This document shows, one piece after another, positions 1-9,494 of a stretch of DNA of 64,000 nucleotides (positions within the stretch are counted from its first letter, which is position 1; each line of letters begins with the position of its first letter). Below the pieces are notes generated by a model. That model had not been told where the DNA came from, did not search any database, and was given only the letters and a program-made list of their open reading frames with translations. The position numbers and the translations under genes are program-made. Source of the DNA: Acidimicrobiia bacterium (GTDB lineage: Bacteria > Actinomycetota > Acidimicrobiia > IMCC26256 > JAMXLJ01); NCBI GenBank assembly GCA_035651955.1, contig DASRES010000046.1:6174-70173 (forward strand). Direction: 5' to 3'.

Positions 1-2
1 CC

Positions 3-1073
3 TTGCCGCGCGGGTTCCGGTGCGGCTGGCTCGTCGGCGCGGACGACCGCTGGCACGACCCCGCGGTCGACGTCGCGGTCCGGCAGCGGCGGCTGACGCC
101 CGCGCCGGGGTTCGAGACGGCGATGCGCGTGCCGAGTGGTGACGCGCGCCAGCGCGTCTTCGGCGTCGGTGGCCCGGGTGACCTCGTCGTGCTGGAGGTC
201 GAGAACGACTCGCCGGTGCCGTTCGTGCTCGGACTGGCGCTCGGGGGACGGCGGTCGCGCTTCGACGTCGTCGCCGGTGGGGTGGTGCGCGCGGACGGCC
301 GGCCGCTCGTCGTCGCGCCGCGCCCGCCGGCGCGATGGGCCACCGCGGTCTCGGTCGCGACGTCGGGTGGCGCGACCGGCGAGCCGCTCTCGGGCGTCGA
401 CGCGAGCGAGCTCGTGGTCCTCTGGCCCGTGGCGCACCGAACCGTCTTCCGGCTCGCGCTCGCGCTCGCTCGGGACGTGCCCGACGACGTGCTGCTGGCG
501 CGGCTTCCCTCGGCCGACGAGGTCGTCGCGGGCTGGCGCGCGCAGCTCGGTCGGGGGATGCAGGTCACGGTGCCGGGCGAGCGGTTGCAGGCCGACGTGG
601 ATTCGGCGCGCGCCGACGCGCTGCTCGCGTCGTCGTCGGTCGCGCGCCCGGATGCCGCGCTGCTGGTCGCCCTGGAGGACTGGGGGTTCGACGCCGAGGC
701 CGGCGCAGCGTGGCACCGGGCCGGTTGGCGCGCGCGTCGCGCCGCACGTGCTCGTCGGGTCGGCGGGGGAGTCCTGCGCGACGTGTGTGATCGTCTGGTC
801 GTCGATCGCGGCGTCGGCGAGATCGACGTCGTGGTTCAGCTCCCTGACGACTGGCGTGGGCGTTCGCTCGACGTGCGCGACGCGCCGACGCGCTCCGGGC
901 TGGTGTCGTACTCGGTCCGCTGGCACGGCGAGCATCCCGCTCTCCTCTGGGAGGTCCGCGAGGCGCGCGGTCCGGTCGTGCTGCGCGCGCCCGGGCTCGA
1001 CCCCGCCTGGTCGACGACGGAGCATTCGGGGGAAGTGCTGTTGCACCGATCGGTGTCGCGCCCGGGCGGTTAG
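3..1073 (+). CDS. hypothetical protein, probably 5'-partial
   Basis: Frame-3 ORF that is open to the window edge, so the true start may lie upstream. GC3-rich codons. No family recognised by eye. Confidence 0.4.
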   Translation: MPRGFRCGWLVGADDRWHDPAVDVAVRQRRLTPAPGFETAMRVPSGDARQRVFGVGGPGDLVVLEVENDSPVPFVLGLALGGRRSRFDVVAGGVVRADGRPLVVAPRPPARWATAVSVATSGGATGEPLSGVDASELVVLWPVAHRTVFRLALALARDVPDDVLLARLPSADEVVAGWRAQLGRGMQVTVPGERLQADVDSARADALLASSSVARPDAALLVALEDWGFDAEAGAAWHRAGWRARRAARARRVGGGVLRDVCDRLVVDRGVGEIDVVVQLPDDWRGRSLDVRDAPTRSGLVSYSVRWHGEHPALLWEVREARGPVVLRAPGLDPAWSTTEHSGEVLLHRSVSRPGG

Positions 1074-2295
1074 CTCGTGTCGGCCTTCGGCCGGTTCTTC
1101 GGATGATCCGAATGGTCGGATGGGACCATGGGCCGTCTGCCGGTGCCGTCGACGAGGGCCCAGCCGTCGCGGTGTTTCAGATCGTGGTGGAACGTGCAGA
1201 GCGCGTCGAGCTCGTCGAGCCTGTGTGCTTCGTGTTCGCCCACGGTTCGCGGTGGTCGAACTCGATCCGGGTGCGGGTGCAGCCGTCGACGCTGCAACAC
1301 GGTGACTGCCAGAGCAGCGCGATCTTCTGTGCCACCTTCGGCCCGCGCCCGAGATGGGTGACGTTGGCGACGTCTTCCCCTTTTGTCAGCACGAGCTTGA
1401 GGACGCTCTCGCCCAGCAGCTTCCGCGCCGTGGTGACCGGGACCGGTCCGAGCCCGGCGATCTCGCAGAGCTCGTCACCGGCGAGGTCGCCGCGCAGGAG
1501 CGCTTCGTCGTCGAGGCGCAGGATCGACAGGTACGACGGGCAGCGATGCTTCCGCTTCGGCTTGTCGGAGCTGTCGTCAGGTCGCTGGTCGTAGTCACGG
1601 AACACACCGACGAACGCGTCGAACGCGTACGCGTCGCGCTCCTCCCGGCGTCCTTCCCGACGCGCCTTCGTGAACTCCTCGTTCACGAGCCGCTCCAGCA
1701 CGCGCGCGACGTGGCTCCCGTCCCGGATGGTGCCGGTGGCGTTGAAGTGCCAGCGGCCCTCCTCGTCGGTCCACGACCGGGCGCGGCGCTCTGCGTGGAT
1801 CCGCCGTTCCGTCCCCTCGGGGTCCGGATCGGACTTGGAGCGTTCTCGAGCCGCCTCCTGGCGGAGCGCGGCGACCGTCGAGGTCAACGCCTTGTCCAAC
1901 AGGCGCCGCTCGGCGGCCGCGTTGCCGTTCGCGCCGCTGGCGACGATCGCGGCCTGGGTGGGCGAGATCTCACCCTTGCGCATCGCGGTCTCGGTCGCGG
2001 GATGGGCGTCGAGCTTCTTCGACAGCGCGAGCTGCTGACGCGCCGCGCCGCGTGTCGTCCCCGACTGCTTCGCCATGCCTTCGGCCGCGTCGCGATGCCC
2101 ACGCTGCCGCCACGTGGCTGCTTCCTCGACGCGCCGGGCGAGCAGCGTCTTCGCGTTCGCGGCGTGCCGCTCGATCTTGTCGAACGCCCTCCACATCGGC
2201 TCCGCGTCCGCGAGCGCGACCGCGTCCGGTTCGAGCGCGCGCAGCAACGCGCCGACCCGGTCTCGCATCTCGCGCACCTCCGCGACGTCGAGCAT
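1070..2295 (-). pseudogene. DUF222/HNH endonuclease (13E12-repeat-like) split by a frameshift
   Basis: ORF 1177..2295 ends ...CSVDGCTRTRIEFDHREPWANTKHT. The HNH tail continues in another frame (ORF 1070..1300: ...RLDELDALCTFHHDLKHRDGWALVDG...). The frames switch at about 1219-1226 (reverse strand cacacagg). Confidence 0.7.
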
Positions 2296-2425
2296 GCATG
2301 CAGTATGAACGAGGGGTATGTCAGTGAACGCCCGTCTGGAGCGACCCCGCCAAAATTTCTTCCGTTCGTGCGCGGTCAGGAACGAGCACGTCGGCGCACA
2401 TGGTCGTGACGCGCGCGCCGCCTAC

Positions 2426-3460
2426 TAGACCTGTCGCGCAGTAGCGGTTGGTGCGTGCGTTCTCGCGGTGCGTGAGATCCGGGTGTTCACGTCGCCATGG
2501 TCGCGAGGGACGCGCATGCGTGCAGCGTGTCGGTGAGCGTGTCGCGACGCCGGCGGTAGCCGTGCAGGATCTTGTTCGTCTTCAGCCGGCGGATCGCGTG
2601 TTCGACATTCACGCGCTGCCGCGCGATCTCGGTGTTGAACGCGCCTTCCGCGTCGCGGACCGTCTCGGATCGGGTGTCGTCCTTGCGGCGACGGGCCGGG
2701 GTGAAGACCCGCGCGAGGCCGAGCCGGGCCTTGATGCCCGTGTAGCCCTTGTCGGCGATCACCGTCACCTCCGTTTCGGCGAGCGTCGCCGCGACCGCGG
2801 ACTCGGCGATCGCGCTGAGGTCGTGGGTCGCGCCGTCGCACGCGTCGCCGATCCACAACAGGTTCCCGCGATCGTCGCTGAGTGTCTGGAACGTGTTGAC
2901 GTGCCGATGCCGGTGTGGCGAGTACTGGGCCTTCTGCGCCTCCCAGCCGCCCTTGGATGGGCGCGGGACCGGTACGAAGCTCCCGTCCACCAGCGCGGCG
3001 CGCTGCGCCTTCGACAACGCTCGCATCTGGGCCGCGAGCGCGTCGTCGTCGCCGAGGCGCGTCCCGTCCGGGGCGGTGATCCCCACGGCGGCGAGCAGCG
3101 GTGTGAGCTCCATCACCGCGCGGTTCACGGTGTCCTTGTTCGTGTCGAACACCGCCGCGAGCATCCGATAGGTGACGTTCCACCGCAGATACACGAGTGT
3201 CACCAACAACCGGCCCGCGAACGGCACGTCGTGCTTGCGGCCCGCGCCGAACGCGCGTCGACGCTTCCGCGCGGAGAGGCGCGCTTCACGCTCGGCCTCC
3301 CAGATCGGACCGACCTCGGCGATCAGCCGCGCGAACTGAGCGCGCGTCACACCCGTGAGCTCACGGACCTGACCCTCGGACAACAACGCCGGACGACGCG
3401 CAGACACAGCAGCCATGCGCACATCCTCGCACGCGCGTCAACTATTCAGAGACAATTCTA
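2426..3460. mobile_element. small IS element (IS5-superfamily, DDE_Tnp_4 / Harbinger-like), boundaries approximate
   Basis: Encloses the transposase gene. Left end GACCTGTCGCGCAGTAG (from 2428) matches the reverse complement of the right end GAATTGTCTCTGAATAG (to 3458) at 11/17 positions. TA (or CTA) is present on both flanks (2426-2427 and 3459-3460). Confidence 0.5.
2487..3422 (-). CDS. transposase, N-terminal HTH plus DDE_Tnp_4-type catalytic core
   Basis: 311-aa ORF. HTH-like SEGQVRELTGVTRAQFARLI. DDE-like blocks ALVDGSFVPVPRPS, VIADKGYTG and VNVEHAIRRLKTNKILHGY. Confidence 0.8.
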   Translation of the reverse strand: MRMAAVSARRPALLSEGQVRELTGVTRAQFARLIAEVGPIWEAEREARLSARKRRRAFGAGRKHDVPFAGRLLVTLVYLRWNVTYRMLAAVFDTNKDTVNRAVMELTPLLAAVGITAPDGTRLGDDDALAAQMRALSKAQRAALVDGSFVPVPRPSKGGWEAQKAQYSPHRHRHVNTFQTLSDDRGNLLWIGDACDGATHDLSAIAESAVAATLAETEVTVIADKGYTGIKARLGLARVFTPARRRKDDTRSETVRDAEGAFNTEIARQRVNVEHAIRRLKTNKILHGYRRRRDTLTDTLHACASLATMAT

Positions 3461-3468
3461 CTGACCGT

Positions 3469-4193
3469 ATGAGCGACGACGAACAGCTTCTCCCTTCGAC
3501 CATCGCCGCGATTCGGCGGTACTGGGCATCGCGCCTCGGTGTCTCCGATACAGGTGGAGTGTCGATCGCGACCGACCCTCGATCGAACGCGATCGTGCTC
3601 GTGCAGATCTACGACGACGTGTTCGTCCGCGGACCGATCGTGATCGCGCGAGCGACCGTCGAGTGGGATCGCGAGCGGCTGTTCGACGTCGACGCATGGG
3701 CTGGAGTGCTGGGCCCTCGAGCTCGACGTGCGTGGTCCAGCACATCTCGCGTATGCGGAGTCCGCCCCGGAGAGAGATCTCACCTCGGTGTCGACGATCG
3801 AGCTGGACGACCCTCGTCTTGCCGACTTCGCGGCCTCGATGTTGCCGTCCGAATGGGAGGAGAGCGGATTGCACGGCGACTTGGCGTGCCGGTACTGCAC
3901 GGTGTCTGGTGACGAGGTCAGCGCGGTCGCCGGCTACGTCGTGTGGGAGGGGTGGTTGGCCCAGATTGCGTAGCGTCCGCCCGGTCCACCGCCGCCAAGG
4001 GCGCGCGCACACGGCCGCGTGCGCGGCCCTCGCCGATGCCGTTGCCGCGGGACTGGTCGCACAGTGGCGTTCGGCAGTGTCGAACCCGGCGTCCGTCGCG
4101 CTCGGCGAGCGGCTCGGGTTCGTTCGCCTCGGCAAGCAGATGACGGTCCGCGTCGGTGAGCCGCAGATCGACTTCGATGAGTCGCCGCGCTGA
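3469..4193 (+). pseudogene. GNAT family N-acetyltransferase with two frameshifts
   Basis: The reading frame passes from frame 1 (MSDDEQLLPSTIAAIRRYW...WAGVLG) to frame 2 (LELDVRGPAHLAYA...AGYVVWEGWLAQIA*) to frame 3 (...HRRQGRAHTAACAALADAVAAGLVAQWRSAVSNPASVALGERLGFVRLGKQMTVRV). The switches are near 3705-3715 and 3962-3972. Confidence 0.65.
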
Positions 4194-4221
4194 ATGGCGA
4201 GCGCGCCCGCTCCGCGCCCGT

Positions 4222-5022
4222 TCACTCCGCGCCGACGCGGGCGCGTGTCGCGGCTCGGGTGATGAGTGCTGCGACCGCGGTGCGGTCGTCCGCCATCGGC
4301 ACGTGACCGCACCCGGGCAGGTGCTCGACACGCGTGTCGGGCGGCAGCTGATCGAGGTGGCGTGACTGGTGCCGGAGCAAGATCCGGTCGCGTGAGCCGA
4401 ACGCGACCGTCACCGGCGCGTCGACGGGCTCGACCGCGACGAGGCGCCGTGTCGCGGTCGCGCGCAGCGTCGCGTCGAAGCCCGCGCCGCTTCGCAGGGT
4501 GTCGATCGCCGCGTGCGCGTACTCGGGTGTGAGCCGGGCGGGATGACCGTGCGTCTGACCGAGGACGACGACGCGACCCGCGCTCGACCGCACGAGCCGG
4601 TGCAGGAGTCCCGACGCGTTGACGGCGAGCCACCGTGAAGTGCGCAGGCTCACGAAGGTGTAGCGCGGTGTCGTCCCGCGCCACAGGCCGGCCGGGCTCA
4701 GCAGCGTGACCGACGCGAACGCGCGCGTCCGAGCGAGCTCCATCGCGACCCAACCGCCGAGCGAGTTGCCCGCGACGTGCGGCCGCGTGATCCCGAGACC
4801 GTCGAGCAGCTCGCCGACCGCAGCGGCGAGGCGCGCCGGAGTCGGCTCGACCGACGGCGGGAGCGGGGCCGAGCCGCCGAACCCCGGCAGGTCGATCGCG
4901 AGCACGTCGAACCGCTCTGCGAGCACGCCCGCGACCGGGTTCCACGCGCGGCGCGACGATCCCAGCCCGTGCAACAGCACCAGCGGCTCGCCGGTGCCCG
5001 ACCGGTCGAACGCCAGGTCCAT
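4222..5022 (-). CDS. alpha/beta hydrolase
   Basis: Starts at MDLAFDRSGTGEPLVLLHGLGSS inside the longer track ORF. Nucleophile elbow GNSLGG and C-terminal GCGHVPM. The upstream Arg-rich extension was rejected. Confidence 0.8.
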   Translation of the reverse strand: MDLAFDRSGTGEPLVLLHGLGSSRRAWNPVAGVLAERFDVLAIDLPGFGGSAPLPPSVEPTPARLAAAVGELLDGLGITRPHVAGNSLGGWVAMELARTRAFASVTLLSPAGLWRGTTPRYTFVSLRTSRWLAVNASGLLHRLVRSSAGRVVVLGQTHGHPARLTPEYAHAAIDTLRSGAGFDATLRATATRRLVAVEPVDAPVTVAFGSRDRILLRHQSRHLDQLPPDTRVEHLPGCGHVPMADDRTAVAALITRAATRARVGAE

Positions 5023-5075
5023 GCCGACAGCTACGGCCGCCGACGTGCGGCGGATTGAGCTACGGCTGCCGACGT

Positions 5076-5123
5076 CGGCGGATCGTCCCGCGCGCCGACG
5101 GGCGGCGGATCGTCCCGCGCGCC
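5076..5123. repeat. 21-bp direct repeat CGGCGGATCGTCCCGCGCGCC x2 (27-bp period)
   Basis: Identical copies at 5076-5096 and 5103-5123. A partial third GCGGCGGAT occurs near 5047. Lies upstream of the hydrolase start at 5022. Confidence 0.65.
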
Positions 5124-5135
5124 CCGACGAACCGT

Positions 5136-6074
5136 TCAGCGTCCCGTCAGCTCGCGGACGATCGGCGCGAAGTCGTGAGCCTTGTCGCCGGGGACGACGA
5201 CGTACGAGTAGCCCCAGCGCTCGCGGCGCTCGTGGAGCCGCTCCGCGATCTCGCGAGCCGAGCCGACGAGCGTGAGCGGCGACGCGAGCACGTCCTTCGG
5301 ATCGGCGTCGAACGCGGCGCCGAGCGCCTCCGCGAAGGCCCCGGCGTCGTCCGTCACCTCTGCGACCGCGAGCCACGCGTTGAGCTCCAGGTCGTCGAAG
5401 CGTGCGCCCGCGGCCTCGCGCACCCACGCGACCTTCTCGTCGATCCGCGCCGGCAACCCGTCGTGCGCGGCGGCGACGTCGATCTCACCCGAGTGGATCG
5501 ACGCGTTCACGCCGACGATGTCCGCGTGCGCGCCCGCGAACCGCAGCACGCGCCGCGCGCCGCCGCCGACGAGGATCGGCGGCCCGCCCGGGGTCGACGG
5601 CTTCGGTGTGCCGTCGAGCTCGTCGATGTCGTAGTGCGCACCGTGGAACGTGAGCGGCCCGTCGCCGAACAGCCCGCGGAGCACGTGCACGTGCTCGATC
5701 ATCCGGTCGACGCGCGTCCCGGGTGGATCCATCGCGATCCCGGACCGCTCGTAGTCGAGACGCTTCCAGCCCGCGCCGACACCGACCTCGAGCCGTCCGC
5801 CGGACAGCACGTCGACCGTCGCGAGCTCGCGCGCGAGGACCGCGGGATGACGGAAGTCGCAGTCGAGGACGAGCGTGCCGACGCGCAACGTGGAGGTCGC
5901 CGCGGCGGCGGCCGCGAGCGCGGCGATCGGCCCCAAGCCTTCGTCGAAGTGGTCGGGGACGAACAGCGTCGCGTAGCCGAGCTCCTCGACCTCGCGCGAC
6001 GTCTCGGCCCACGACAGCCCGTCGAACGGGGCCTGGACGTCGACGCCGAAGCGGAACCGCCGGTCGTGCGCCAC
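5136..6074 (-). CDS. LLM-class (luciferase-like) F420-dependent oxidoreductase
   Basis: 312 aa. MAHDRRFRFGVDV...LGYATLFVPDHF...RLEVGVGAGW matches the pattern of the TIGR03621-like LLM subfamily. Confidence 0.8.
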   Translation of the reverse strand: MAHDRRFRFGVDVQAPFDGLSWAETSREVEELGYATLFVPDHFDEGLGPIAALAAAAAATSTLRVGTLVLDCDFRHPAVLARELATVDVLSGGRLEVGVGAGWKRLDYERSGIAMDPPGTRVDRMIEHVHVLRGLFGDGPLTFHGAHYDIDELDGTPKPSTPGGPPILVGGGARRVLRFAGAHADIVGVNASIHSGEIDVAAAHDGLPARIDEKVAWVREAAGARFDDLELNAWLAVAEVTDDAGAFAEALGAAFDADPKDVLASPLTLVGSAREIAERLHERRERWGYSYVVVPGDKAHDFAPIVRELTGR

Positions 6075-6083
6075 GGCGCGTGC

Positions 6084-6575
6084 TCAGCGCGCCTGGACGT
6101 CGCGCTCCGCGACCGCCTTGATGCGTTCGAGCGTCGCGCGCATGCCCCGCTCGAGGTCGCTCACGCGGTCGTCGACGCGCATCAGGTGGCGCTCGGCCAT
6201 CCGGAAGTACCACGGGTTGTCGCGCATCAGCTCGTACGACTCGGTGACGTCCGTCGCGTTTCCCGACTCCGCCGGCGCGAACGTGTACGTCCACTTCGTC
6301 ATGTCCTTGCCGAGATGCCCGGTCACGAACGCGAACTCGCGTCCCGGCGAGGCCGCGACGACCTTGGGCTTCGTCGACCAGCGCACGAACCCGCGCGCGT
6401 TCGTCCCCTTGAACCGTGCGCCGACGGTCGGGCCCGTCGCGCCGTCGAGCCAGACACACCGCGTGGTCTCGGGACTCCACTCGCCCATGCGGGTCACGTC
6501 CGACACCAGCTCGTAGACGCGCTCCGCGGGTGCCTCGACGCGCACCGTCACCTCACCACGCGTTCCTGCCTTCAT
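6084..6575 (-). CDS. SRPBCC (START/polyketide cyclase-like) family protein
   Basis: Internal start MKAGTRGEVTVRVEAPAERVYELVSDVTRMGEWSPE is preceded by GGAGGGGG. 163 aa. Confidence 0.75.
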   Translation of the reverse strand: MKAGTRGEVTVRVEAPAERVYELVSDVTRMGEWSPETTRCVWLDGATGPTVGARFKGTNARGFVRWSTKPKVVAASPGREFAFVTGHLGKDMTKWTYTFAPAESGNATDVTESYELMRDNPWYFRMAERHLMRVDDRVSDLERGMRATLERIKAVAERDVQAR

Positions 6576-6669
6576 TCCCCCTCCTTCGCCGCGGGTGGCG
6601 CACCATCGTGCGTGCTGCGGGAGGCGCCGTCCAGCAGCACGACTCGCCGTCGGAAGGCGGGAGGCGGAT

Positions 6670-9426
6670 TCAGTCGAGTCGCAGTGTCGCGAGCTCGCAG
6701 CCGCGCAGCTCGACGGAGCCCTCGAACCGGTCGACGGGCCGGCCGCGCAGGTCCACGCGCCAGCCGCGCGCGGGCGCGCCGTCGTGCTCGACGGTCGCGA
6801 CCACCGTCTCGGCGGACGGGTTGAAGCAACGAACGGCGAGGCCACCGGGCTCGCGCAGCACCGCCGACACCTCGGCGCCGTCGACGGCGAGCGCGCGTCC
6901 GCTGGTCGCGCGCGTGCCGGTGCCGGTCGCGCGCGCCCGCTCCAACGGCACCAGGAGCTCGTCGGCGAGCGCGTACAGGTCGGCGTCGTGCCACGTGCCG
7001 GCATGCGGCGCGACCGCGTAGTCGAACCGCAGCCGCCGTTGCAGCTGCGGGCCGTCGAGCGGGTCGAGCGGGCCGGCGGGGTTGGGCCGCATGACGATCT
7101 GCGAACGCGACAGGTAGCCGGTCGCGCGCAGCAGCGTGAGCGCGAGCTCGCGTCCGTCGACGAGCTCGTACTCGAGAAGGCCGTCGTGCAGGAGCGCCAC
7201 GCCGACCTCGCCGTCCGAGGCGTCGACGAACCGTCGGGAGACGAACGTCGGCAGCGCCACCTCGTGCGGGCCTCCCTCGCTCGTCAACCCGCGCTCGACG
7301 ACCGCGAACGCGCACTCGGCGCTCGATCGCTCGACGGGCGCGGGCAACGGGAAGTGGGCGCGGAGGCGGTGGTCACGGCAGCGGTTGTCGAGCTCGGTGT
7401 GGACGCGCACGAACCGCTCACCGATGCGGACCTCGAGCCGTGTGTCGACGACGACGGTCTCCGTCTCGTCCGAGCGCGCGACACACGCGCGCTCGTCGCC
7501 GACGCACGCGACCGGCCACCGGTACGTGGCGCGCACGAGGAGCGCGGCGCGTACGGGGCCGTCCTCGGCGACCGAGACAGCCACCGCGTCGGGTCGTTCC
7601 ACGACGAGGTCGCGCTCGGGTGGCGACCAGTTGTACGTGTCGCCACCGTCCCCGCCGTCGACGTAGCGGTTGCACCCCTCCACCACGACACCCTCGGCCG
7701 TCGAGATAGTGAAGGTGCCGTCGTCGTCCACGCGCACGCGCAGGTGCTCGTTTGCCAGGTCACGCCCCGCGGCGCGCAACACGGTCGACGGCCCCGCGCC
7801 CGGCGCGACCTGGTAGGTGCGCCAGCCGAACCCCGGCACGTCGTCGGCCGCGAACAGCACCCCGCTCGTCGATGGCCGCATCGCGCGGAAGCGAACCGTC
7901 CGTCCCGCGGTGCCAAGCGCGAGCACGTGGTCGCGCAGCGACTCGAGGTCGTCGACGGTCGAGCCCCCCGGCAGCGCGGACTGGAACACGACCTCCACCG
8001 TGCCGTCGTCGAGGTCCGACACGTCGTACGACGCGATGCCCGCGCCCGCGAACTCCGTCCCGCGCATCATCTCGAGGACCCACCGGACCTTCTCGCCCGT
8101 CACGGTGGCCGAGAAGCCCTCCCCGGCGCTCACGTCCACGACCTGCACCGGCACGGGCACGCCGTCACTCGACACGAAGTGGACGGGCTCCGTGCGGGCG
8201 TCGCCAGGGACCCGCGCCGCGACCAGCCCTCCGCGTGCGCGGGATGTCGGGTTCACGACGACCGTCGCGCCCGCCGGCGCGTCGACGGACCGCGCGAGCG
8301 CGTGCACCGCGGCGGACGTCAGGCCGTCTCCGATCTGACGAGCCTCGTGGTACCGGACGAGGACCTGGTCGACCACCTCGTCGGCGCTGCACGCGCACGA
8401 CGAGTCGTGCGCGGAGTTCAGCACCAGGTTCCGCCACGCGAGGTCGAGCAACGCGCCCGGGTACGCCTCCGGTGGCAGGAACAGCGCGCTCGACGGCTCG
8501 GCGCGCCGCTCCAACGCGCGCTCGGCCGCCGCGCACGCCTGGTGGACGTCGACGCGGTTCGACGCCACGCCCATGAGGACGTTGGCGCGCGCACCCGAGC
8601 GCAGCTCGCCGCGCCACACGTCGAGCCCGTCGACGGGCTGGGTCGCGACGTACTCCGCGAGCGACGTGACGGCGAACCGGTAGTCGTCCTGGATCTCATT
8701 GGCCTCGGCGACGACGCGGCCGAGCCACGGCTGCGGGAGCTGGTGGTCGGTCCCGTTCATCAGCAGCATCGAGCCACCCGGGAGCAGCGCGTCGCCGAGC
8801 TCCAGCTCGTACCCGCGTGCGCGCGCGACGAGCTGCTTCGCGTCGTCGGGGATGTCGCGCCCGTTCGAGTACGAGCCGTACAGGTACTCGGCGCGGACGC
8901 GCGACCCGTCGGGTGCCTCCCACCAGAACGCGGTCTTCGTCACTGCGCTCGGCACGCCACGCCACACGACCGCGTGCTCGAGCCCGGCCGCGCGCAGGAT
9001 CTGCGGCATCTGCGCGACGTGCCCGAACATGTCCGGCAGGTACCCGACCTCCATCGGGCCGCCGAGCTCGGTCGCGCGAGCGATCCCCATCTGGAGATCG
9101 CGCACGAGCGTCTCGCCCGACACCATGAACTCGTCCATCAGCACCGCCCAGGGGCCGACGGACAGCCGACCCGCCGCGGCGAGCCGGTGGAGCGCGGGCC
9201 GCGCCTGCGGTCGCACCGCGAGGTAGTCGTCGAGCACCGCGGTCTGGCCGTCGAGCAGGAAGCGTGCGTACGACAGGTCCTGTTCGAGCATCGGCAGCAG
9301 CCGGTCCATGAGCTCGACGAGCCGCAGCCGGAACGTTTGGAACGGGGCGTACCACTCGCGGTCCCAGTGCGTGTGGGGAACGATCGCGACGGAGATCGGG
9401 CGCGGGCGGGTGGCCATCTCGACCAC
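6670..9426 (-). CDS. glycoside hydrolase family 38 alpha-mannosidase
   Basis: 918 aa. N-terminus VAIVPHTHWDREWY...GPW..MDEF..SGE...LPDMFGH is typical of GH38. Confidence 0.85.
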   Translation of the reverse strand: MVEMATRPRPISVAIVPHTHWDREWYAPFQTFRLRLVELMDRLLPMLEQDLSYARFLLDGQTAVLDDYLAVRPQARPALHRLAAAGRLSVGPWAVLMDEFMVSGETLVRDLQMGIARATELGGPMEVGYLPDMFGHVAQMPQILRAAGLEHAVVWRGVPSAVTKTAFWWEAPDGSRVRAEYLYGSYSNGRDIPDDAKQLVARARGYELELGDALLPGGSMLLMNGTDHQLPQPWLGRVVAEANEIQDDYRFAVTSLAEYVATQPVDGLDVWRGELRSGARANVLMGVASNRVDVHQACAAAERALERRAEPSSALFLPPEAYPGALLDLAWRNLVLNSAHDSSCACSADEVVDQVLVRYHEARQIGDGLTSAAVHALARSVDAPAGATVVVNPTSRARGGLVAARVPGDARTEPVHFVSSDGVPVPVQVVDVSAGEGFSATVTGEKVRWVLEMMRGTEFAGAGIASYDVSDLDDGTVEVVFQSALPGGSTVDDLESLRDHVLALGTAGRTVRFRAMRPSTSGVLFAADDVPGFGWRTYQVAPGAGPSTVLRAAGRDLANEHLRVRVDDDGTFTISTAEGVVVEGCNRYVDGGDGGDTYNWSPPERDLVVERPDAVAVSVAEDGPVRAALLVRATYRWPVACVGDERACVARSDETETVVVDTRLEVRIGERFVRVHTELDNRCRDHRLRAHFPLPAPVERSSAECAFAVVERGLTSEGGPHEVALPTFVSRRFVDASDGEVGVALLHDGLLEYELVDGRELALTLLRATGYLSRSQIVMRPNPAGPLDPLDGPQLQRRLRFDYAVAPHAGTWHDADLYALADELLVPLERARATGTGTRATSGRALAVDGAEVSAVLREPGGLAVRCFNPSAETVVATVEHDGAPARGWRVDLRGRPVDRFEGSVELRGCELATLRLD

Positions 9427-9494
9427 GATAGGGCCGGCACGGGGGTCCCTCCCGGGCCCGGCTCGCGCAACGCGGCGGAACGCGGGAGGCAGGC

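Noticed and set aside
2319-2340. TGTCAGTG resembling the RecA-independent DNA-damage promoter (TGTCRGTG-N8-TANNNT)
   Set aside because: The hexamer 8 nt downstream is TCTGGA, not TANNNT, and the orientation points into the IS rather than a repair gene.
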